DNA of 48,198 nt, from contig VGYY01000002.1 in the NCBI GenBank assembly GCA_016872815.1, positions 1 through 48,198 of the forward strand, in the 5' to 3' direction. The notes under the pieces were generated by a model. That model did not search any database and was not told the origin of the DNA. It saw only the letters and a list, made by a program, of their open reading frames with translations. Source of the stretch: Planctomycetota bacterium (GTDB lineage: Bacteria; Planctomycetota; B15-G4; SIAN01). Each line of letters begins with the position of its first letter. The first letter of the stretch is position 1. The translations under genes were made by a program, and so were the position numbers. This document shows positions 39,153 through 48,198 of this stretch, piece after piece.

Positions 39153-39704
39153 TTTTTTTTCGGAGTCGCAACGTCGCTGCAACTCGCGCCTCGTCACGAC
39201 TTGCACGCACGAAGAAGAACGGGTGCCGAACGCGTCGTGGTCGAGAGGTCGTTGACGATCCTCATTCTCACCGCCTAAAACTTGTGCCCTCGCGGTGAAG
39301 AGGGGAGCGAGCGAAGCGTGTTCGGGGCGCGTTTCAGCGCCGAACGCGACCGCTGAACCCCGCGGCAGCGCGAGCGCGACGGAACCGGTGGTGGCGATCA
39401 CTGGATACGTCGTGGACTGGTCGCGGGAAAGGTTGGCGAACCCTTCTCGCGGCCGGGTCGAAGAGCGCGGGGATCGCGGCTGCGGCGTAGCGCCGGAGTC
39501 GTCCCCCGCCTCCGTGGGAAACAGGTGAGGCGAACGCCTCACCCCCTGGTTCGAGCCGTCCGCAGGTCCCGCCATCCGTGGCCCCGCCCGCAACCGCGCG
39601 TTGCGCCGGCGGCCCCGGGGGCTTCCCCGTGGCCGGCACGAACGATTTCCGAGCCCGTTGCTTCCCGGGTGGGCGACCCGGGGCCGAGGGGGGGGAACCG
39701 TCCG

Positions 39705-41216
39705 ATGCTGCCCGCCAAAGCGGTCTCACTCTGGCACGCCGTGCTGGAAAAGGTCGAGCAGAAGACCACGCCGCAGCAGTTTGCGACGTGGTTCCGCAAC
39801 CTCGAGGTTGCCGAGCTGGGTGACCGGCGGGTGGTGCTGCGGGTGCCGAGCAAGTTCCACCGCGACTGGATCGTCACCTACTACCGGGAAGTGGTCGAGG
39901 AAGCCGTTGCGGCCGTGCTCGGCGGCGCGCGCGAGCTCCACCTCGAGATCGGCGGGAAGTCGCCCGACGCGTTGAGCGCGCGGCAGGCGGCGCTGGCGGC
40001 CGCGCCGACGAAGCCGGGTGGCACCGCGAACGGTGGCGCCACTGCGCCGCCGAGCGCGGCAGAGGCCGGGCGGTCGGAGCGACGTCCGCCGCTGCGCAGT
40101 GACGGCACGCGACCGAATGGCGCCGTCACCGCGACGGCGCGGGTGGGTGCCGGCGCGGCCGCCGTCGGTGTCCGAACCTGCGGTGACCTGCCGCTCACCG
40201 AAGGCTTCGACTTCGCGCGCTTCGTCATCGGCCCGAGCAACCAGCTGGCGGCGGCCGCCGCCCGTTCGCTGGCGACGGCTACGACCGCCGCTCTCGACTT
40301 CCACACGCTGTTCGTGGTCGGCGCCACCGGCACCGGCAAGACGCACCTGCTGCAGGCGGCCGCGCGCGCCGCCGCCGAGCCGGCCGACGGCCGTCAGGTC
40401 GCCTACGTCCGTGGCGAGAACTTCCTGAACGAGTTCGTGACCGCCTGCGCCCAGGGTGCCGAGGCGACCCATCGCTTCCGCGAGCGCTGGCGCAGCCTCG
40501 ACGTCGTCTGCTTCGACGACCTCCAGCTGCTGGCGGGCAAGAGCGGCACGCAGCAGGAGCTGGTCCATACGCTGAACGCGTGGAGCGACCGCGGCGCGCG
40601 GCTGCTCTTCGCCGCTTCCTGCGCCCCGGGGGAGCAGCTGGCGCTTGATCCCGCGCTGCAGGCGCGCCTGGCCGGCGCCTACCGGCTCACGCTGCGCGCG
40701 CCGGACCGCGAGACGCGGCGGGAGCTGCTGGCGGCAAAGAGCCGCCAGCGCGGTGAGGGGCTCGCCGGTGACGTGCTCGACTTCCTGGCCGACCTGCCGA
40801 CGGGCAATGTCCGCGAGCTCGAGGGCGCGCTCACCAGCGTGATCGCCGGCGCCAAGCTGACCGGCACCGCCATCTCGCTCCGGACGGCCCGCGCGGCGCT
40901 GGAAGAGGATGCGCTGATGCAGCGGCCGGCCTCTTCGCCGGACAGGATCCTGAAGGCTGTTTGCAACCACTTCGAGGTGACGATGGCGGACATTTGTTCG
41001 CCGCGTCGCCCGCAGGCGCTCTCCTTCGCCCGACAGGCGGCGATGTACCTGTTGCGCGAGCGCACGGAACTCTCGCTGTCCGAGATCGGGGCGCTGCTTG
41101 GCGGGCGCGACCACACCACGATCCTGCACGGCATCCGCAAGATCGAGGAGGCCGACGGCAGCGACGGTCGGGTGCGTGACCACCTCACCCGCCTGCGGAG
41201 CCTGCTCGAGCGGTGA
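39705..41216 (+). CDS. dnaA: Chromosomal replication initiator DnaA
   Basis: MLPAKAVSLWHAVLEKVEQKTTPQQFATWFRNLEV...FARFVIGPSNQLAAAAA...VGATGTGKTHLLQA...NVRELEGAL...PRRPQALSFARQAAMYLLRERTELSLSEIGALLGGRDHTTILHGIRKIE. The ATG at 39705 is preceded by GAGGGGGGGG. Confidence 0.93.
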   Translation: MLPAKAVSLWHAVLEKVEQKTTPQQFATWFRNLEVAELGDRRVVLRVPSKFHRDWIVTYYREVVEEAVAAVLGGARELHLEIGGKSPDALSARQAALAAAPTKPGGTANGGATAPPSAAEAGRSERRPPLRSDGTRPNGAVTATARVGAGAAAVGVRTCGDLPLTEGFDFARFVIGPSNQLAAAAARSLATATTAALDFHTLFVVGATGTGKTHLLQAAARAAAEPADGRQVAYVRGENFLNEFVTACAQGAEATHRFRERWRSLDVVCFDDLQLLAGKSGTQQELVHTLNAWSDRGARLLFAASCAPGEQLALDPALQARLAGAYRLTLRAPDRETRRELLAAKSRQRGEGLAGDVLDFLADLPTGNVRELEGALTSVIAGAKLTGTAISLRTARAALEEDALMQRPASSPDRILKAVCNHFEVTMADICSPRRPQALSFARQAAMYLLRERTELSLSEIGALLGGRDHTTILHGIRKIEEADGSDGRVRDHLTRLRSLLER

Positions 41217-41256
41217 CGGCGCGCAACGCCGGTTCGACACCAGCAAAGCTTCTGGA

Positions 41257-41287
41257 GCGGGTGGCAATCGACGCGGTTGCCACCCGC
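41257..41287 (+). terminator. Stem-loop 40 nt downstream of the dnaA stop
   Basis: Perfect 11-bp arms GCGGGTGGCAA and TTGCCACCCGC with a 9-nt loop, followed by CGTTCGTTTCAG. Confidence 0.4.
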
Positions 41288-41775
41288 CGTTCGTTTCAGC
41301 CGGCCGCGGCGCTGGCGGCCCTCCAGAGCCCGGGGATAGCTGCGGGACAACCCGGTCGGCAGTGGTCTTGAGCTTCTGCGTTGCTCCACCGCCCATCGCG
41401 CCGCTGCCGCCGGCGCCGCCGCTCACGCGGCATTTCTGGATTGGAGTCCACCAGCTGCCCCCGCGAGCCATGGTCCCTCCGGTGCTCGCAACTCCTTTCG
41501 ATTCAATGAGATGAAGCTTCGGCCGCCGTGCTTGTCCCAATTTGTGAGAGGGCAATGACAGGAACACGAAGGAGATTTCCTTCTCTTTCTTCTTTCAGCG
41601 CGGCCCCACTCCACCCGGCACGCGAAACGGCGTTCGCCCGGTCTGACCACCCACCTCGTCGAAGCCGCGTGTTCCCGCCGACTCGCTACGGGGCGCATGA
41701 ACCAGGAGGGCTAGAATCTCGCGCCATTCGCGCAGCGCGGCGCGGGCGTCGGCAGAGGGGGATCAAGGGGGAGGC
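41288..41775. other. Candidate oriC or dnaN regulatory region in the dnaA-dnaN spacer
   Basis: 559-bp non-coding spacer in total. It contains a locally AT-richer core around 41480-41600 (TTTCGATTCAATGAGATGAAGC, TTGTCCCAATTTGTGAGAG, GGAGATTTCCTTCTCTTTCTTCTTTCAG). Several degenerate DnaA-box-like TCCAC motifs are present (TTGCTCCACC, GAGTCCACC, CACTCCACC, TTGTCCCAA). There is no perfect TTATCCACA. Confidence 0.3.
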
Positions 41776-42869
41776 ATGAAGCTTCGCTGCGATCGTCGTG
41801 CGCTGCAGGAGATCGTCGGCATCGTCGGCGGCGTCACCGCCAGCCGGGGGACGCGCCCGATCCTGCAGCACGTCCTGATGAAGACGCAGGGGAGCGAGGT
41901 CGAGTTCCTCGCCACCGATCTCGAGGTGGCCCTGCGCTGCCGCCATACCCCGATCCTGATCGAGGAGCCGGGCGTGCTGGCGCTCCCGGCCGCGACCCTC
42001 GGCAACATCCTCCGCGAGGCGCAGGGCGAGACGATCGACCTCGCCACCGACGGCAACGTCGCGCTGTTGCGGTCCGGGCGCGGGCAATTCCGCGTCAGCG
42101 GGGAGAACCCGGCCGACTTCCCTGAGGTTGCCGTCGGCGAGGCGACCGACTTCGTCGACTTGCCGGCACCGCTGTTCCGCGAGCTGGCCGAGCGCACCGA
42201 GTTCGCCGCCAGTCGCGAGCTCGGGCGCTATGCCATCGACGGCCTGCTGGTCGAACTCGAGGGCAAGACGATCCGGATGGTCTCGACCGACGGCCGCCGC
42301 CTGGCGCTGGCCGAGGCGACGCTCGAACAGCCGGTCGCGAACTCGGTGAAGGAGATCGTCCCGCTGAAGGGCGTGACGCACTTCCTGCGGGCGCTCGGGC
42401 CGACCGCCGAGGTGGTGGGGCTGCACCTCAGCAAGCGGCGGGCGTTGCTGCGCTGCGGCAACACGGTCCTCACCGCCACTTCGCGCGACGCCGAGTTCCC
42501 CGACTATCGCGGCGTCGTCCCCACCGACGACGCCGGCACGCAGGTGCGCCTCGACCGCGACGAGTTCTTCCATTGCGTGCGCCAGGTGAACGTCATGGCC
42601 GGCGACGACGCGCCGGCGATCACGCTGACCTTCGGCGAAGGCAGCCTGGTCTTCGCCGGCAAGCACGAAGGCCGCGGGGACGCCCGCAGCGAGATGCCGG
42701 TCGACTATGTCGGGCCGGAGGTGAAGATCTCGTTCAACCCCGCGTTCCTGCTCGACTTCGGCAAGCTGAAGCTGCCCGAGCAGCTGCCGTTCACCTTCCG
42801 TGACGCGACCGCGGCCTGCGCGTTCCGTCCGGGCCAGGGGTTCGTCTACGTCGTGATGCCGATGAGCCT

Positions 42870-42873
<4 letters not shown>
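41776..42873 (+). CDS. dnaN: DNA polymerase III beta sliding clamp
   Basis: MKLRCDRRALQEIVGIVGGVTASRGTRPILQHVLMKTQGSEVEFLATDLEVAL...; 365 aa at the canonical position after dnaA. Confidence 0.93.
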
Positions 42874-45720
<2,847 letters not shown>

Positions 45721-45823
45721 GCGGGCCGGGCCGGAGGCCGCCCCCCGTCGCGACCGGGAAGGAGTTGCCGCTCGCTCAAGCCGGGACGCCCGCGGCGTCG
45801 ATCGGGAACGACGAGGTTCACCG

Positions 45824-46321
45824 ATGCGCACCGCGACCAAGATCTCGTCCGTGAACGCCGGGCAGGTGCTCCGCGCCGAGGGGCTCCTCACGCCCGAGCA
45901 GCTCGATGAAGTGCAGCGTGAGGCGGCGACCACCGGCGAGCGGATCGCCGACGTCATCCTCGCCCGCGGCCTCGCCACCGAGTACGACCTCGCCAAGGCG
46001 ATGGTCCACCAGCTCTCGCTGCCCTACATCAGCGCCAGGAACTACGACCCGCCAAAGGACGTCCGCGCGATCGTGCCGCCGCAGACGCTCCACCAGCACC
46101 GGCTGCTGCCGCTCGACGTGTTCGGCGAGGTGGCGCTGTTCGCCACCTTCACTGACCTCGACCCGCAGGTGGTGGCCGACCTCGAGGCGGAGACCGGCAA
46201 GCGGCTCGCCTTCGTCATCGCCCAGAAGGGCGAGCTCGAGGCGGTCCTGAACGAGCGCTACCCGCCGGAAGACCTCGGCAAGCAGGTGGCGAGCCGCCTC
46301 GACCAGCTCTTCGGCCAGTAG
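45824..46321 (+). CDS. Stand-alone T2SS-E N-terminal (MshEN-like) domain protein
   Basis: 165 aa with two MshEN-like helices: NAGQVLRAEGLLTPEQLDEVQREA, spacer ATTGE, then RIADVILARGLATEYDLAKAMVHQ. These are followed by LSLPYISARNYDPPKDVRAIVPPQTLHQHRLLPLDVFGEVALFA, typical of GspE/PilB N-terminal domains. No ATPase domain follows. Confidence 0.8.
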   Translation: MRTATKISSVNAGQVLRAEGLLTPEQLDEVQREAATTGERIADVILARGLATEYDLAKAMVHQLSLPYISARNYDPPKDVRAIVPPQTLHQHRLLPLDVFGEVALFATFTDLDPQVVADLEAETGKRLAFVIAQKGELEAVLNERYPPEDLGKQVASRLDQLFGQ

Positions 46322-46429
46322 TCGCACCGCCCTGCCGCGCGGCGGCGGACGTCGACCGGATCGCGCCCTTTACCTGGCGCCATCACCTCGGCTCCCTTGC
46401 GGACTCACCGTCCCCGCGAGGAGGTCGCC

Positions 46430-46900
46430 ATGCCGAGGAACACGGGTATTCGGGCGCGTGCCGGCGTCGCGTTCGCCGCCCTCCTGCTCGCGGCCGGCTG
46501 TCTCACGGCCGAGTCCGGGGGCTCCGCCGGATCGGCCTCGCTGGGCACCGTCCCCGCCTACGCGATCACGCTGCCCGAATTCACGGCGGGCGTGACCACG
46601 GTCGGCGATCTCGCTGCGCGCTCGATCTTGACCGCGACGTCGCCCAAGGTGTCGCTGAACGTGGTCTGGGTCGACGGCGGCGTGATCGTCCAGCAGTCGC
46701 TCGCCGACTTCAAGGCGGCCTACTCGAACTGGGACAAGTTCCTCGTGAAGGCGTGGACGCCGGGCTTCTCGATGCCGACGCCGACGATCACCATGTCGAA
46801 CCAGTACCGCCTCATCGTCGCCTCGCTGGCGTCGAAGGGCGGCGATGTCGGCGTGGTCATCGAGCCGCCGGCGGAGGGGCCGAAGAAGCGGACGCCGTGA
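46430..46900 (+). CDS. Hypothetical lipoprotein
   Basis: [24 protein letters not shown] lipobox, with GGAGG upstream of the ATG at 46430. No family recognised. Confidence 0.6.
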   Translation: MPRNTGIRARAGVAFAALLLAAGCLTAESGGSAGSASLGTVPAYAITLPEFTAGVTTVGDLAARSILTATSPKVSLNVVWVDGGVIVQQSLADFKAAYSNWDKFLVKAWTPGFSMPTPTITMSNQYRLIVASLASKGGDVGVVIEPPAEGPKKRTP

Positions 46901-46923
46901 ACGGACGGACCGGCCGCCGCCCG

Positions 46924-47036
46924 CGCGCCAGCCCCCAGTCCATGACGCAGACCTCGCCGAAGCGGCCGACCATGAGGTTGCCCGGCTTCAGGTCGCGATG
47001 GATGACGCCCTTGCTGTGCGCGTAGGCGGCTGCCGC
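46924..47036 (-). pseudogene. Ser/Thr protein kinase remnant (catalytic loop to DFG-like segment only)
   Basis: The minus-strand frame reads [38 protein letters not shown] (HRDLKPxN motif). Flanking sequence in that frame is not kinase-like, and the 3' side runs into the lipoprotein gene on the other strand. Confidence 0.6.
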
Positions 47037-47232
47037 TCTCGAGTTGGGATCGAGGCGACGCCATGGCCGTCTCCGCACGGCTCCGGCGCTTGGGGGGAGC
47101 GCCGGCACCATGGAGAGCAGCGGGAGCCGGTCGCGGGCGTCACCCTTAAGGGGCTGGCAGTCGGGCGCCGCAGGGGGAAAACTCCGCCTTACCGTACCTC
47201 TCGGTGCGGCGGGCGCTCGAGGCGGCGGACAC

Positions 47233-48198
47233 TTGGACCTGCTTGGCAACACGGCGTGGCTGGTGCGGGTCGCTTCCCGCGTCGATCCGGAGGGGTTGGC
47301 GCAGGTGCGGGCGGTCGCTCGGGCGCTCTGCGAGCGGCCTCCGGCTGGCGTGAGCGACATCGTCGCGGCGTACGCGACGGTGACGGTCCATTTCGATCCC
47401 GCCGTCGTGGCGCGCGCGGCGGTCGGCGCCTGGATCGACGCCGTGCTGGCGCGCGGTGCGGCGACGCCGGGCGCGGCCGCCACCGCCACCACCGCCCACG
47501 TCCTGCCGGTCCGCTACGGCGAGCCGTTCGGTCCCGATCTCGCCCTCGTCGCCGAGCGCTCGGGGCTCTCCGCGGCCGACGTGATCGAGCGCCACGCGGC
47601 CGGTCGCTACGTCGTCGCGGCGATCGGTTTCACGCCCGGCTTCGCCTACCTGGCCGGCCTCGCTCCGGAGCTGGCCACGCCGCGCCGCGCGACGCCGCGA
47701 CTCGAAGTCGCGGCCGGCAGCGTGGCGATCGGCGGGGCGCAGACCGGCGTCTACCCGCTGCTGTCGCCGGGCGGCTGGAACGTGATCGGCCGCACCAGCG
47801 AGCGCTTGTTCGATCCGGCGCGCACGCCAGCGGCGCGGCTCTGCGGCGGCGACTCGGTGCGCTTCGAGCCGGTCGCCGCGCGGCGGTTCGCCCGGCGGTT
47901 GCGGACGGTGGCGCTACCACCAGCGGCGCGTGCCGCCCCCCTGGCCCGCGCGATGAAGCGCGCCGCCGCCTTCGAGGTGCTCGAGCCCGGCACGCAATCG
48001 TCGCTGCAGGACCGCGGTCGTTCCGGCCACGCGGCGCAGGGCGTCGCGCCTGGGGGCGCGCTCGATCCGCTGGCGGCGGCGGTCGCCAATCGCCTGGTCG
48101 GCAATGCGCCCGCGGCCGCGGTGCTCGAGTGCGCGCTGACCGGGCCGCGGCTGCGCGTGCTCCGTCCCGTGCGCGTCGCGCTCGCCGGCGCGCGCGTC
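47233..48198 (+). CDS. pxpB: 5-oxoprolinase subunits PxpB (KipI) and PxpC (KipA) in one continuous reading frame; runs off the right edge
   Basis: My own translation gives ...[15 protein letters not shown]...[64 protein letters not shown] (PxpB). With no stop it continues into ...[60 protein letters not shown] (PxpC). The start is uncertain: TTG 47233 with GAGG upstream, or in-frame ATG 47110. It is not in the ORF track because there is no stop in the window. Confidence 0.8.
   Translation, partial: MDLLGNTAWLVRVASRVDPEGLAQVRAVARALCERPPAGVSDIVAAYATVTVHFDPAVVARAAVGAWIDAVLARGAATPGAAATATTAHVLPVRYGEPFGPDLALVAERSGLSAADVIERHAAGRYVVAAIGFTPGFAYLAGLAPELATPRRATPRLEVAAGSVAIGGAQTGVYPLLSPGGWNVIGRTSERLFDPARTPAARLCGGDSVRFEPVAARRFARRLRTVALPPAARAAPLARAMKRAAAFEVLEPGTQSSLQDRGRSGHAAQGVAPGGALDPLAAAVANRLVGNAPAAAVLECALTGPRLRVLRPVRVALAGARV

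Noticed and set aside
39386-39575. tmRNA/tRNA-like motifs (GGTGGCGATCACTGGATACGTCG resembling a tmRNA 5' end; GGTTCGAGCC T-loop-like; ...CCCGCCA)
   Set aside because: I could not fold a T-arm or an acceptor stem. The 3' partner of GGTGGCG is CGCCATCC, with an extra base. The span (about 190 nt) is too short for tmRNA. An Infernal scan would settle it.

Overview
Very GC-rich bacterial chromosomal window (third codon positions are almost all G/C, so long spurious antisense ORFs are common). It covers the replication-origin neighbourhood. I found no rRNA, tRNA, CRISPR array, transposase or integrase.

Gene content, left to right:
- tex (3' end runs off the window), an OsmC-like gene, a NUDIX-SnoaL fusion and an EEP-family lipoprotein.
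- A tightly coupled minus-strand operon: DUF4956 membrane protein, membrane-anchored helical-repeat protein, CotH kinase with a beta-helix C-terminus, and a VTC (polyphosphate-polymerase-like) domain protein.
- An OYE flavin reductase, an SLC13/TrkA-C permease and the membrane pyrophosphatase hppA.
- An arginine operon argG-X-argC-argD-argB, where X is an uncharacterised deviant-P-loop protein.
- An orphan parB (no parA), followed by a roughly 1 kb non-coding region. This region holds two perfect parS sites that bracket a 160-bp inverted repeat.
- acyP, a metallophosphoesterase, a large HPr-domain fusion, an RpoD-family sigma factor, hemW, pyrF and an S9 peptidase.
- A contiguous bshC-bshB-bshA bacillithiol operon plus a cysteine desulfurase.
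- dnaA-dnaN-DUF721(dciA-like)-gyrB, a stand-alone MshEN domain protein, a lipoprotein, and a pxpB-pxpC fusion that runs off the right edge.

Several gene remnants or interrupted genes are visible: an ORF with an in-frame amber codon, a decayed class-II cAMP phosphodiesterase (MBL-fold) gene, a Ser/Thr kinase catalytic-loop fragment, and an orphan HTH fragment.

The best candidates for undescribed biology are the CotH/VTC/DUF4956 operon, the P-loop gene inside the arg operon, and the parS-flanked inverted-repeat locus. All family assignments come from reading motifs by eye; no database search was run.
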